From positions 1 through 64,000 of the forward strand of contig JBFMCP010000009.1 in NCBI GenBank assembly GCA_040754455.1: 64,000 nt of DNA, in the 5' to 3' direction. This stretch comes from Nitrospirota bacterium. GTDB lineage: Bacteria > Nitrospirota > Thermodesulfovibrionia > Thermodesulfovibrionales > Dissulfurispiraceae. A program made the translations under genes and the position numbers. Shown here piece after piece: positions 40,123 through 50,605 of this stretch. Position 1 is the stretch's first letter. Every line of letters begins with the position of its first letter. The notes under the pieces were generated by a model. That model saw only the letters and a list, made by a program, of their open reading frames with translations, searched no databases and was not told the origin of the DNA.

Positions 40123-41436
40123 ATGTTGGAGGAGAAGATGCTTTCAAAGAGGATGTGGCTGCTGGTGCCCCTGTTCCTGATCATCGCTGTTATCGGTATT
40201 ATTGTGGGGAGATGGTCGGTCGACACGGTGAGCGCAGAGAGCAGTTATGAAGAGCTGAGGACCTTTGTCGAGGTCCTTACCCTGGTGAAGAAAAACTATG
40301 TCGACGACGTCACAACAAAGGAGCTGGTTACCGGTGCCATTAAAGGGATGGTGGCGTCTCTTGACCCTCATTCAGGGTACATGACGCCCGAATCCTTCAA
40401 AGAGCTTCAGGTAGAGACAAAAGGAGAATTCGGCGGATTGGGCATACAGATAGGAGTGAAAGACGCGGTCCTCACCGTCATCGCCCCTATAGAGGATACG
40501 CCGGCCTTCAAAGCGGGCATCAAGGCGGGAGACAAGATCATCAAGATCGCGGGAGAATCGACAAAGAACATGGCGATCACCGATGCCGTCACCAAGATGA
40601 GGGGCGCGAAGGGGACTTCCATTGTCTTGACCATCATCAGGGAGGGATGGAAAGAGCCGAAGGACTTCACCCTCGTCAGAGATGTGATCAAGATAAAGAG
40701 CGTCAAGGCAAAGATGCTGGAGCCTGCCATCGGATATATAAAGATCACCCAATTCCAGGAGACAACGGCCTCCGACCTGTCGAGTGCATTAAAGAGACTG
40801 AAAAAAGAGGGTATGACCTCGCTCATCCTCGACCTCAGGAACGACCCGGGCGGGCTGCTCAACAGCGCCGTCGAAGTGGTTGACCAATTCCTCCCTGCCA
40901 AAAAACTCGTGGTCTATATAAAAGGAAGGGACGGCGAGAAGATCGAGTACCATACCGAAGGCCGTGAGGTGATATATCCCGACATGCCGATGGTGGTCCT
41001 CGTCAATCAGGGCAGTGCGAGTGCGGCCGAGATTGTAGCAGGAGCTCTAAAAGATTGGAACAGGGCAATTATCATCGGGGTACAGACCTTCGGCAAGGGC
41101 TCGGTGCAGAGTCTGGTGCCACTCAGCGACGGTTCCGGACTCCGGCTTACGACAGCGAAATACTATACCCCAAAGGGAACGAGCATACAGGGAGTCGGCA
41201 TTACGCCCGATATCGTCGTCAAGCTCGAGGTAAAGGACGGAAAGGCAAGCCATGAGATCATCAGGGAGCGCGATCTGGAACGTCACCTCAAAAACGACGA
41301 CCAGCAGGAGCTCCCGGAGGAAAAAGAGATGGCTCCCCTCGAGGTTGACGAGAAAGACGATCTCCAGCTGCAGCGGGGAATCGATACGCTCAAGACCTGG
41401 TCTGTTTTCGAAAAGATGCTCAAGAAGGCAGCGTAG
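40123..41436 (+). CDS. ctpA: carboxyl-terminal processing protease (S41)
   Basis: LDPHS, PDZ domain, LDLRNDPGGLL, SASAAEI, TFGKGSVQ. Confidence 0.92.
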   Translation: MLEEKMLSKRMWLLVPLFLIIAVIGIIVGRWSVDTVSAESSYEELRTFVEVLTLVKKNYVDDVTTKELVTGAIKGMVASLDPHSGYMTPESFKELQVETKGEFGGLGIQIGVKDAVLTVIAPIEDTPAFKAGIKAGDKIIKIAGESTKNMAITDAVTKMRGAKGTSIVLTIIREGWKEPKDFTLVRDVIKIKSVKAKMLEPAIGYIKITQFQETTASDLSSALKRLKKEGMTSLILDLRNDPGGLLNSAVEVVDQFLPAKKLVVYIKGRDGEKIEYHTEGREVIYPDMPMVVLVNQGSASAAEIVAGALKDWNRAIIIGVQTFGKGSVQSLVPLSDGSGLRLTTAKYYTPKGTSIQGVGITPDIVVKLEVKDGKASHEIIRERDLERHLKNDDQQELPEEKEMAPLEVDEKDDLQLQRGIDTLKTWSVFEKMLKKAA

Positions 41437-41516
41437 GCGCTATAGCGCAAAAGGCATGGTAAAAAGCCCTGGTTGTTTTTTTTCGCTATAACGCCGTACG
41501 CTTAACTCTATAGCCC
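41431..41516. repeat. AGCG/CGCT short-repeat palindrome
   Basis: GCGTAGGCGCTATAGCG ... CGCTATAACGCCGTACGC. Confidence 0.5.
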
Positions 41517-41520
41517 TCGT

Positions 41521-42204
41521 ATGAGTCGCGTTATCTTCGATATAGAGACGGTAGGAATGGATTTCGATTCCCTCGATCCCTCCACGCAGGAATACCTGCT
41601 CAAATGGACGGAAACCGAAGAAGAGAGGGCGCGCGTTAAAGAGAGCCTCTCTTTTTATCCGCTCACCGGTGAGGTCATTACCATTGGGATGCTCAATCCC
41701 GATTCGAACAAAGGCGCTGTCTTTTTCCAGACACCGGGAGAGCCGGTCCCCCCCTTTGAGGAGGACGGCATCAAATATGAGGGAGGTACGGAGAAAGATA
41801 TCCTCGAAAAATTCTGGAACACCGTCAAAGCCTACGACCAATTCATCACCTTCAACGGCAGGGTCTTCGATTGCCCCTTCCTCATCATCCGCTCAGCAGC
41901 CCACAGGATTAAGCCCCTCCGCGACCTGATGCCGAACAGATACAACGGCGCCCATATCGACCTCCTCGATCAACTCTCTTTCTACGGCGCCTCGAAGCGG
42001 CGGTTCAGCCTCGATATGTGGTGCAAAACCTTTAACATCAAAAGCCCGAAGGCAGACGGCATTACGGGATATCAGGTCAAAGATCTTTTCACCGCAGGCC
42101 GGCATGTCGATATCGCGAAATACTGTGCCGGCGACCTGAGGGCCACGCGGGAGCTGCTTTTCATCTGGGAAAATTATATCAGGTTTTACGGAGAGCGCTG
42201 CTGA
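41521..42204 (+). CDS. PolB-like 3'-5' exonuclease domain protein
   Basis: FDIET, TFNGRVFD and YCAGD (Exo I-III motifs). Confidence 0.8.
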   Translation: MSRVIFDIETVGMDFDSLDPSTQEYLLKWTETEEERARVKESLSFYPLTGEVITIGMLNPDSNKGAVFFQTPGEPVPPFEEDGIKYEGGTEKDILEKFWNTVKAYDQFITFNGRVFDCPFLIIRSAAHRIKPLRDLMPNRYNGAHIDLLDQLSFYGASKRRFSLDMWCKTFNIKSPKADGITGYQVKDLFTAGRHVDIAKYCAGDLRATRELLFIWENYIRFYGERC

Positions 42205-42262
42205 TCTGCGTAATTCATGGATCAGAGGGGCTCGGGAGTGCCAAGCTCCGGTGCCGGCCTAT

Positions 42263-43300
42263 CTATAAGTAATCATTAACCTTCCGTACTTCGAACCTGT
42301 CCGACAGCAGAACGTTGTTCACAAAATTGAAGATTTTCTTCCGGGCATCTCCGCTCACATCAGGGTAGAAGACAGGATTCGCCACCACCGCCCCCCTGAA
42401 GGCAAAGAAGGGTGCAAGGACCTCGTAGATCTCTGTATCGCCCGACAATCTCACATACTCATTGAAGAAAAGCTCCAATGCCTCATAGTAGGGTCCCGTT
42501 ACCTGTCCGTGAGCAATGAGTGAAAAGAAAATGTAGTTGATCGTCAGCGCCGTAACATCATCCGCAGGGTCTCCCCAGGGCCCGCGGCTCCGATCAAGGA
42601 GAATAAAATCATTCGTTGTGAACCATATATTCCCCGGGTGAAAATCGCCGTGGATCTGTGCAAGGCGGTGTATCTTCGGCTTCAGCCGTACGCGCCAATC
42701 AATACACCGCTTCTCTATCTCGGCCATCTCCTCGTAGCTCAAGGTCCCGTCCGGATAGAGATCGAACACCCCCATCAGGCACTCTCCATGCCCTATGGTA
42801 TCCCGTATCTTTCTCCAGTAGAGAGAACGGGATTCCTTTTTCTTCGCATGGATATCGGCGAGATATGAGGTCATCTGCCGTATCTTTTCAATATCATCTC
42901 TATCCAGTCTGTCTTTTCGGGAGAAATCCTTCAGATCGGTAAAGTAATCCCTTCCCTCTCCCCGCTCCATCAGAAGATAGTATTCTTTGCCGCCGCCGAT
43001 CGATTTCACGGTACCGTCCTCCAGCTCTGCGAGCACATCGATCGCTTTGACGTGCTGGGGGAGATTCTTGTACTCATCGAGATCAAGGAGAAACACCGCT
43101 GCCCTGTCCGAAGGATAGTCATGGCCCAGGCCTTCGGGAATGAGCGTCTTTACAACATACGACCTCGTCCCTTCCGGCATCGCCATTTCAATAAGAAAGC
43201 CCGCCCCTTGGACCCCGGAGCCGAGCTTCCTGATAGTGATAGCTCCGCTACTGCTGAATTCTTTTCTAAGATAGGCCTTCAGAGCATCTTCATTGAGCAT
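42263..43300 (-). CDS. aminoglycoside-phosphotransferase-like kinase
   Basis: HGDFHPGNI, LLDRSRG, GDPADD; start at 43300 because the upstream extension is repeat-derived. Confidence 0.8.
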   Translation of the reverse strand: MLNEDALKAYLRKEFSSSGAITIRKLGSGVQGAGFLIEMAMPEGTRSYVVKTLIPEGLGHDYPSDRAAVFLLDLDEYKNLPQHVKAIDVLAELEDGTVKSIGGGKEYYLLMERGEGRDYFTDLKDFSRKDRLDRDDIEKIRQMTSYLADIHAKKKESRSLYWRKIRDTIGHGECLMGVFDLYPDGTLSYEEMAEIEKRCIDWRVRLKPKIHRLAQIHGDFHPGNIWFTTNDFILLDRSRGPWGDPADDVTALTINYIFFSLIAHGQVTGPYYEALELFFNEYVRLSGDTEIYEVLAPFFAFRGAVVANPVFYPDVSGDARKKIFNFVNNVLLSDRFEVRKVNDYL

Positions 43301-43320
43301 GGGAACCTCTCTTACTTTAA

Positions 43321-43462
43321 GAATACAGGAGCCAGGAGCCAGAATCCAGAACAAGATATCAAGAGTCAGAATCCAGAATACAGGAGCCAGGAGAAAAGCA
43401 TGCAACAAGGGTTTTATTTTTTATTGTTTTTATTCTGGGTTCTGGCTCCTGTATTCTGTTTT
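43321..43462. repeat. CAGGAGC/CAGAATC heptamer repeat palindrome
   Basis: GAATACAGGAGCCAGGAGCCAGAATCCAGAA ... TTCTGGGTTCTGGCTCCTGTATTCTG. Confidence 0.75.
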
Positions 43463-44394
43463 TAGAGCTCCCCGAAATTGCTTTTATAGCGCTCTAGAAA
43501 TTCCTCATAGGTATAGCTGTGCTCCTGGGTGCCGTAATGTTCGACGGCATAGGCTGCGGCAACGGCCCCCAACTTCGCGGCGGTCTCGATATCTTTGCCG
43601 AGGGCAAGCCCTTTGAGCAGGCCCGACCGGTAGGCATCTCCTGCGCCCGTCGGGTCGACAATAGAGGTAATGGCTGCTGCCGGCACCTTGCTTTCTCCTT
43701 CAGAGGTGCTGATAAGCGAGCCTTTCTCGCCGAGGGTCGTTATAATGGTCCGGGTCATTCCGAGAAGCTCTTTCTTATTTTTACCCGTCATTTTCATGAT
43801 TAACTCGAGTTCGTAATCATTGGAGATCAGGATGGACGAGCCGGTAATCCATTCGATCAGGTCATCTCTGTTCCAGGCAGTCAGTGACTGTCCCGGGTCG
43901 CAGATGTAGCGCACGTTCCTGCTTTTGTAGATCTTCGCATACTCTTTCATGTCCGTGAGATTCCCCGGGCCGATCAAGCCGATGGCGGTCGATGCGTCGA
44001 GGCTTTTGAAACGGTATTCGGAGGGGTGCTTCATTGCCCCGGGATTGAATCCCGTTATCTGGTTGTCCGATTTGTCGGTGGTGATGTAAGCCCCTGCCGT
44101 AAATTCCTCGTTGATCACTTTTATTCCCTCAACAGAGAGCTTATTTTTGTTCAGCCAATCGAAATAGCTCCGGTAGTCCTTGCCTATGGTCGCCAGAATC
44201 ACCGGCCGCTCTTTCAGGAGGCTTAATGAATAAGCAATATTGCCGGCAGTGCCGCCGAATTTTTCTATCATGCCGTTGACCGTAAAGCAGACGTTCAGGA
44301 TGTGGATCTTGTCGGGTAGAATATGATCTGAAAACTTTCCCGGAAAGTCCATGATCCGGTCATACGCCAGAGAGCCCGAAATATAAATGTTCAT
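43462..44394 (-). CDS. PfkB-family carbohydrate/adenosine kinase
   Basis: GSLAYD, GGTAGN, DPTGAGDAY. Confidence 0.9.
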   Translation of the reverse strand: MNIYISGSLAYDRIMDFPGKFSDHILPDKIHILNVCFTVNGMIEKFGGTAGNIAYSLSLLKERPVILATIGKDYRSYFDWLNKNKLSVEGIKVINEEFTAGAYITTDKSDNQITGFNPGAMKHPSEYRFKSLDASTAIGLIGPGNLTDMKEYAKIYKSRNVRYICDPGQSLTAWNRDDLIEWITGSSILISNDYELELIMKMTGKNKKELLGMTRTIITTLGEKGSLISTSEGESKVPAAAITSIVDPTGAGDAYRSGLLKGLALGKDIETAAKLGAVAAAYAVEHYGTQEHSYTYEEFLERYKSNFGEL

Positions 44395-44443
44395 GCCAGC
44401 CCCTTTGAGGTAAAATTAAAAATTGTGGAATTCATTCTTTTTT

Positions 44444-46267
44444 TCAATTTTGCTCTTTATTGAGCTCCTCGAGCAGCTTTTCGGCTGTCTTTCTATTGAA
44501 GCCCTTTATCTTCATGATCTCATCGACAGAGGACTTCCTCATCTCTTCTATGCTGCCGAAATGGCGCAAGAGATCGAGCCTGCGCTTTTTGCCGATGCCG
44601 GGAATGCGGGTGAGGGGCGACTCCAATGACCTCTTGTCCCGCAGCTTCCGGTGAAAGCTGATGGCAAACCGATGGACTTCGTCCCTGATTCTCTTCAGGA
44701 GTAATGATGTCTTATTCCCGTCCTCAAGGTCAATGAATTCGCCGCTCAGCAGCACCGCCCTGTCCGGGTTCTTGGCAACACCGATGATGTCCGTCAAGAC
44801 GCCGGCCTCTGCCATTGCTTCACGCGCCACCTCGAGCTGCCCTTTGCCGCCGTCGATGATAATGAGATCAGGGAGTGCCTCATCTATTTTGCTCAGCGTC
44901 CTTTTGACAATTTCCTTCATCATGGCGTAGTCGTCCATGCCCTGCACCTCTTTGATCTTGAGGTGGCGATAATGGTGCTTTCTGAATTCGCCCTTCTCCC
45001 AGTAGATAAAGGCACCGACCGATTCGCTCCCCTGGATAGTCGAGACATCGAAGGCGCCGATCGAGACCGGCGGCTTGCTCAGATGCAACCGCTCTCTGAG
45101 TGCTTCGAGGATCTCGCTTTCCGATGGCTTTCTCCTCGCTTTGAAGTGGAGCCGTGCGTTCTCAACCGCCATTCTGAGAAGCTCACGTTTTTTCTCACGC
45201 CTGGGCACCGTGATCTCAACGTTCCCTCCTCTCTTTTCTTTGAGCCAGGCGGTCAGCTCATCGAGGTCGTCAGGCAGGGCATTAACCAGGACGGTTGCAG
45301 GAGGAATAATCTCTTTTGCATAGAAGAGCTCAAGGAAGCTGCGCATGATCTCCGACCCCTCGGAAGTAATCGACCGTTCTACGAGAAAATCCCGTGACCC
45401 GATCAGAATGCCGTTTCTCACAAAGAGCACATTCACCGCGATGTCCTCGCCCTCACGGTAGTAGCCGATCACATCGAGGTCACCAAGTTCCGGTGCAAGC
45501 ACCTTCTGCGATTCGAATGCCCGCTGGAGTCTGAAAATACTGTCCCTCACCTGCGCCGCTTCCTCGTAGCGTAGCTGATCCGAGAGCACCTGCATCTTAT
45601 GCTCAAGGGTTTCGAGCAGCTCCTGCTTTTTCCCTGACAGGAAGAGTCTGACGTCCTCGACGATCTCCCGGTATTCCTCTTTCGTCGTCAGGCCTGCACA
45701 GGGCGCCGGACACTTCTTCATCTGGTGCTGAATGCAGGGGCGCATCGGCTTGTCCAGTGTATAGTTGCAGGGCCTGACAGGAAAGTTCCTCCGGATAAAG
45801 GCGATCGCCTCCCACATGGCCTGGGCAGGAATATAGGGGCCGAAGTAGAGATCGCCGTCCCGCTTAATGCCCCGCACCACTTCGACGCGCGGCCATTCCT
45901 CGGTGATCGTCAGTTTGATGTAAGGGTAATTCTTATCATCTCTCAGGATGATATTGAAGTTCGGCTTGTACTGCTTGATGAGGTTCGCCTCCAGGATAAG
46001 GGCCTCCAGCTCGTTGTCCGTAACGATATAGGAGAAGTCCCTGATCATCCTGACCATGGCGATCTTTCGGGGCTCCAGATTCGCGGATTCCTGGAAATAG
46101 CTCCTCAGCCGGTTTCTCAGGACCTTGGCTTTTCCCACATAGAGCACTTTGTCCTTGTGATTTTTAAAGATATAGACGCCGGGACGCTTCGGGACTTCGG
46201 AGATCTTTTCTGTCAGCGCTTTTTGCGACGAATCGGGAGATGCTTTCGTTGATGCATTTGAAATCAT
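44444..46267 (-). CDS. uvrC: excinuclease ABC subunit C
   Basis: GIY-YIG (GVYIF...LYVGKA), PDLIIIDGGKGQ, RDEVHRFA, HhH. Confidence 0.96.
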   Translation of the reverse strand: MISNASTKASPDSSQKALTEKISEVPKRPGVYIFKNHKDKVLYVGKAKVLRNRLRSYFQESANLEPRKIAMVRMIRDFSYIVTDNELEALILEANLIKQYKPNFNIILRDDKNYPYIKLTITEEWPRVEVVRGIKRDGDLYFGPYIPAQAMWEAIAFIRRNFPVRPCNYTLDKPMRPCIQHQMKKCPAPCAGLTTKEEYREIVEDVRLFLSGKKQELLETLEHKMQVLSDQLRYEEAAQVRDSIFRLQRAFESQKVLAPELGDLDVIGYYREGEDIAVNVLFVRNGILIGSRDFLVERSITSEGSEIMRSFLELFYAKEIIPPATVLVNALPDDLDELTAWLKEKRGGNVEITVPRREKKRELLRMAVENARLHFKARRKPSESEILEALRERLHLSKPPVSIGAFDVSTIQGSESVGAFIYWEKGEFRKHHYRHLKIKEVQGMDDYAMMKEIVKRTLSKIDEALPDLIIIDGGKGQLEVAREAMAEAGVLTDIIGVAKNPDRAVLLSGEFIDLEDGNKTSLLLKRIRDEVHRFAISFHRKLRDKRSLESPLTRIPGIGKKRRLDLLRHFGSIEEMRKSSVDEIMKIKGFNRKTAEKLLEELNKEQN

Positions 46268-46360
46268 AGAGATACTATATCACATTCATTGACAGCGCAA
46301 GAAGGAGTGCAACAGCTACTTAACACCTGCAGCAGCTTACTGCTATAATAGGCCCAAAGT

Positions 46361-48142
46361 ATGTTGTCGTTTAACTGGAAAAAGCTGCTCATCCTTCCTT
46401 TTTTCGCGATCTGCTCCGGCGCGCTCATCGGCCTCCTGTACTGGAGCCTTTCGGACCTCCCTGAAGTGAAAACCCTCGAAGGCTACACACCGCTCGAATC
46501 TTCCTTTGTCTATTCTTCCGACGGCGCCGTGCTTGCAGAGCTCTATATGGAGCGGAGGAGCTACATTCCCCATCACCAGATCCCCGACCACATAAAGAAG
46601 GCCTTTATCGCCATCGAAGACCAACGCTTCTATTCCCACCCGGGAGTGGACCTGATCGGCATTCTTCGCGCCCTTTACAAGGACATCATGGCCCACAGTA
46701 TTGTCGAAGGCGGGAGCACGATAACGCAGCAGCTGACGAAGATGCTCTTCCTCAAGCCTGAAAAAAGTCTTTCCCGGAAGATCAAGGAAGCGATCATCTC
46801 GATTCAGATAGAAAAACGGTATACAAAAGACGAGATATTGGGCATGTACCTGAACAAATCCTACTTCGGCACAAGGGCATACGGCATCGCGGCAGCCGCC
46901 CAGACTTACTTCGGCAAATCGGTAGAAGAATTATCGGTAGCGGAGGCAGCCATGCTGGCCGGCCTGCAGAAAGCACCCACAATGTATTCACCCTTTAAGA
47001 ATCCCGACAGGACGCTGGCCCGGCGGCAGCTGGTGCTCAAGAAGATGCTCAAGAGCGGATTCATAACTGCCGAAGAATATGAGCGCGCCAATGCCGAGCC
47101 TCTCCCCTCTGCTCCCCACTACCGGCGCTACGAGGCGCCTTATTTTGTCGAGTTCCTGAGACAGCAGCTCGAGGCCCGCTACAGTGACAAGATATACACC
47201 TCCGGGCTCAGGGTCTATTCGACGATTGATTATACGATGCAGAAGATTGCCGAGGAGGCGGTCAGAAACGGTATCGCTGCACTCGAACGAAGAGTAAAGC
47301 CCGGCGTCCAGGCAGCGCTGGTCGCCGTTGATCCCAGGACAGGACATATAAAGGCAATGGTCGGCGGCACCGACTTCTGGGAGACCCAGTTCAACAGGGC
47401 GACACAGGCATTGCGCCAGCCCGGCTCGGCCTTTAAACCCTTCGTCTATGCGGCAGCTGTTGAAAGCGGCATGTCCGCAGATGATGAAGTGCTCGACGAG
47501 CCCGTATCCTTTGCAGGGGCAAAGCCGAACAGTACATGGTCCCCGAAGAACTACGATGGCAAGTACCATGGTCATATCTCTTTGAAGAAAGCCCTTGCCC
47601 TTTCATTAAATACCGCAACGGTCCGGCTTGCCAATGATGTCGGGCTCAAGGAGGTCATCGCCCTCGCGAAGAAGAGCGGCATAAGGAGCGAGCTGCAGCC
47701 CTACCTTCCCATTGCCCTGGGCGCATCGGATGTGACATTGCTCGAAATCACCTCTGCCTACGGCGTGTTTGCGACAGGCAGACGCGTCGACCCCGTTGCC
47801 TATGAGCGTATACTCAACCGGGATGGAGTGCCCCTTGAAGAGATCATCGCATCGACCGAGGAGGTGCTCTCACAGGAAGCAACAGAGAAGATGAAAGAAC
47901 TCCTCCGGGGGGTTGTTGAGAGCGGCACGGCAGTGAAGGCGAAAGAGTTGCACGACGTCGTCTACGGCAAGACCGGAACGACCAACGACTACTCCGATGC
48001 CTGGTTTATCGGCTTCAATGACCGGCTGGTGGTCGGCGTCTGGGTGGGAAGGGACAGCCACAAGCCCCTCGGCCCGAAAGAGACCGGAGCGCAGGCCGCC
48101 CTGCCGATCTGGATGGAGTTCATGAAGAATATACAGCAGTAG
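46361..48142 (+). CDS. class A penicillin-binding protein (PBP1A family)
   Basis: EDQRF, GGSTITQQL, RKIKE, SAFK, SLN, KTG. Confidence 0.93.
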   Translation: MLSFNWKKLLILPFFAICSGALIGLLYWSLSDLPEVKTLEGYTPLESSFVYSSDGAVLAELYMERRSYIPHHQIPDHIKKAFIAIEDQRFYSHPGVDLIGILRALYKDIMAHSIVEGGSTITQQLTKMLFLKPEKSLSRKIKEAIISIQIEKRYTKDEILGMYLNKSYFGTRAYGIAAAAQTYFGKSVEELSVAEAAMLAGLQKAPTMYSPFKNPDRTLARRQLVLKKMLKSGFITAEEYERANAEPLPSAPHYRRYEAPYFVEFLRQQLEARYSDKIYTSGLRVYSTIDYTMQKIAEEAVRNGIAALERRVKPGVQAALVAVDPRTGHIKAMVGGTDFWETQFNRATQALRQPGSAFKPFVYAAAVESGMSADDEVLDEPVSFAGAKPNSTWSPKNYDGKYHGHISLKKALALSLNTATVRLANDVGLKEVIALAKKSGIRSELQPYLPIALGASDVTLLEITSAYGVFATGRRVDPVAYERILNRDGVPLEEIIASTEEVLSQEATEKMKELLRGVVESGTAVKAKELHDVVYGKTGTTNDYSDAWFIGFNDRLVVGVWVGRDSHKPLGPKETGAQAALPIWMEFMKNIQQ

Positions 48143-48183
48143 AAACCACAAGAAAAGACCGAGGCTTACACGTTTGCGCTACA

Positions 48184-48240
48184 GCAGGGAGGGGCACTAC
48201 AAGGAAGCGCTATAAACCTCCTTTCTGCACCCCTCCCTGC
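48184..48240 (-). repeat. internally deleted copy C of the structured repeat
   Basis: GCAGGGAGGGGCACTACAAGG|AAGCGCTATAAACCTCCTTTCTGCACCCCTCCCTGC keeps both ends of the element. Confidence 0.7.
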
Positions 48241-48325
48241 CTTCTCCTTCGTATATGCTTGTTTGATGCGTTTGCATTGACAACGAATAGTAATAACGTT
48301 TCTGAAAATGATACAATGAGTACTT

Positions 48326-49105
48326 ATGGGAAAAACGATAGTTGTTGCAAATCAGAAGGGCGGCGTCGGAAAAACGACGACCGCAGTGAACCTTTCCGCC
48401 TCCCTTGCCCTTGCTGAAAAAGATATCCTGGTCATCGATACCGACCCGCAGGGCAACCTGACCAGCGGCCTCGGCATAAGCAGGGAGAATGTGGAGCGGA
48501 GCCTCTATGATGTCTATACGGGAAGGTTTCCGCTCGAAGAGGTCATTGCCGGGACAGCAATCCCTCACCTGTTTATCGTTCCCTCGACGATTGATCTCCT
48601 TGGTGTCGAAGTGGAACTCGTCCAGAGGGAGGGAAGAGAGCGGATCCTCCTCAAAGAGATCGCCACGATCAAGGACAACTACCGCTATATCTTCATTGAT
48701 TGTCCTCCTTCACTCGGCTTGCTTACCCTGAACGGACTCGTTGCCGCGGATTCCGTTCTCATTCCGGTGCAGTGCGAATACTATTCGCTCGAGGGGCTCA
48801 GTCTTCTGTCGAGGACGCTCACGCTGGTGCGGGGCTCCTTCAATCCCGATCTCGATATCGAGGGAATTCTCCTCACCATGTACGATGCCCGGAACAGCCT
48901 GTCCCATCAGGTCGAAGCAGAGGTCAGAAAGTTCTTCAAAGAGAAGGTGTACCAGACCATGATCCCGAGGAATGTGACGCTGGGAGAGGCTCCGAGCCAC
49001 GGAAAACCGGCCATCCTCTATGATGCCCGTTCAAAAGGGGCGCAGAGTTATTTATCCCTTGCAAAGGAGATGCTACATGAAAACGGCACTAGGCAAAGGG
49101 CTTGA
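48326..49105 (+). CDS. parA: chromosome partitioning ATPase ParA/Soj
   Basis: NQKGGVGKTTT, DPQGN, DCPPSLG. Confidence 0.95.
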   Translation: MGKTIVVANQKGGVGKTTTAVNLSASLALAEKDILVIDTDPQGNLTSGLGISRENVERSLYDVYTGRFPLEEVIAGTAIPHLFIVPSTIDLLGVEVELVQREGRERILLKEIATIKDNYRYIFIDCPPSLGLLTLNGLVAADSVLIPVQCEYYSLEGLSLLSRTLTLVRGSFNPDLDIEGILLTMYDARNSLSHQVEAEVRKFFKEKVYQTMIPRNVTLGEAPSHGKPAILYDARSKGAQSYLSLAKEMLHENGTRQRA

Positions 49106-49910
49106 GGCATTACTCCCCGAAAAAGGGGATGAGGTTATCAAGATCGATATCGGGAAGATCCTTCCCAACGAATACCAGCCGCGAAAGGTATTCAGGGATG
49201 AAGCGCTGAAAGACCTTGCCGATTCGATAAAGGAGAAGGGCGTACTCCAGCCGGTGATCGTATCGCGGGCAGGGGACGGCACCTTCAGGCTTATTGCCGG
49301 CGAGCGGAGATGGAGGGCCTCACATCTCGCGGGGCTCACCAAGATCCCCGCGCTCATCAAGGATGTCTCCTCCCAGGATGCCATCGAAATCGCGCTCATC
49401 GAAAATATCCAGCGTGAAGAGCTGAATCCCTTAGAAACCGCCGAGGCGCTGCAGCGGCTCCTCAAGGAATTCAACCTTACTCAGGAGGCGCTGTCACAGA
49501 GAGTAAGCAAAGATAGGGCGACGATCGCAAACTACCTACGCATCCTCAAATTGCCCGACGAGATCAAGACGATGGTGAACAATATGACGCTCTCCCTCGG
49601 CCACGCAAAGGCGCTCCTCTCCATCGAGACCAAGCAGAAGCAGATCGAGGCGGCACGGGAGATCATAAAACAGGGGCTGAGCGTCAGGGCTGCAGAGGCA
49701 TTATGCAAGCGGCTGAGCGAGACTTCTCCGGCAAAGACAAAAAAGAAAAAAGAGAAGCTCCCCGAGGTGGCCGATCTCGAAGCCAAGCTCTCGCGCTCGC
49801 TGGGGACAAAGGTAAAGATCCACCACAAGGATAAGCGGGGAAAAATAGAGATCGAGTACTATTCGCTCGATGAGCTCGACCGCCTGCTCGAAGTCCTGCT
49901 CCAGGAATAG
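49077..49910 (+). CDS. parB: chromosome partitioning protein ParB/Spo0J
   Basis: MKTALGKGLEALL, QPRK, AGERRWRA, ENIQRE. Confidence 0.95.
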   Translation: MKTALGKGLEALLPEKGDEVIKIDIGKILPNEYQPRKVFRDEALKDLADSIKEKGVLQPVIVSRAGDGTFRLIAGERRWRASHLAGLTKIPALIKDVSSQDAIEIALIENIQREELNPLETAEALQRLLKEFNLTQEALSQRVSKDRATIANYLRILKLPDEIKTMVNNMTLSLGHAKALLSIETKQKQIEAAREIIKQGLSVRAAEALCKRLSETSPAKTKKKKEKLPEVADLEAKLSRSLGTKVKIHHKDKRGKIEIEYYSLDELDRLLEVLLQE

Positions 49911-49918
49911 TTCTTCAT

Positions 49919-50021
49919 CGTTATCAGGTTATTGATAGTTATTCGTAGTTATTGATGGTTATAAGGTAAGCTCTTTCAACTTATCTCTTCGCCATAAATA
50001 ACCTGATAACAACAAATAACT
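49919..50021. repeat. GTTATTGATA/ATAAC short-repeat palindrome between convergent genes
   Basis: GTTATCAGGTTATTGATAGTTATTCGTAGTTATT ... AATAACCTGATAAC. Confidence 0.65.
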
Positions 50022-50550
50022 ATGAATAACTAAGGAACTCATCCACCGCTTTTGACCATACTTCATAGCCCCGGTCGCTCAGGTGGACGCCGTCATCGAG
50101 GAGGCAGGAGGCATCGGGATTGCCGTTCTCATCCACAAAGAGCTGGTACACATCGAGATACACACCGCCGGAGGCTTCCGCGATCTTTTTGAGATCGCTG
50201 TTGATGCCCTTGATCACGCCATTATCGATCCACGGCAAGAGCACCGGCAGGATGCTCTGCACCACGATCACCGATCCCTTCAGCCATTCGGACAATCTTT
50301 TAACAATCTCTCTGTACGTATCCGCAATATCATAATCATCCATGGCGATATTGTTGATACCGGTCATGACGAAGACGACATCAGGGTTTTGCATGCGGGA
50401 GAGCTCCCAGTTCAGACGGTTCAGGAGACCCTCGGCAGGCTCTCCTGCGATACCGAGATTTTTTACCCGGTGCTCAGGAAATCGCTGCTGCCAATCGTAG
50501 TACTCGGTGAGGGAATCGCCTATGAAGACAAGCGAACGAGGGGTGTTCAT
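50020..50550 (-). CDS. GDSL/SGNH hydrolase
   Basis: FIGDSLTE, GINN, DGVHL. Confidence 0.9.
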   Translation of the reverse strand: MNTPRSLVFIGDSLTEYYDWQQRFPEHRVKNLGIAGEPAEGLLNRLNWELSRMQNPDVVFVMTGINNIAMDDYDIADTYREIVKRLSEWLKGSVIVVQSILPVLLPWIDNGVIKGINSDLKKIAEASGGVYLDVYQLFVDENGNPDASCLLDDGVHLSDRGYEVWSKAVDEFLSYS

Positions 50551-50605
50551 GAAGATTATCTTATATAAAATCGAATGAAAGGGCAAACGTATCACAATGG
50601 GTAAA

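Noticed and set aside
43301..43408. Hydrophobic N-terminal extension of the kinase ORF
   Set aside because: It is a translation of heptamer repeats; an RBS (AGAGAGG) precedes ATG 43300
48143..50020. parS sites near parAB
   Set aside because: No convincing TGTTTCACGTGAAACA-like palindrome seen
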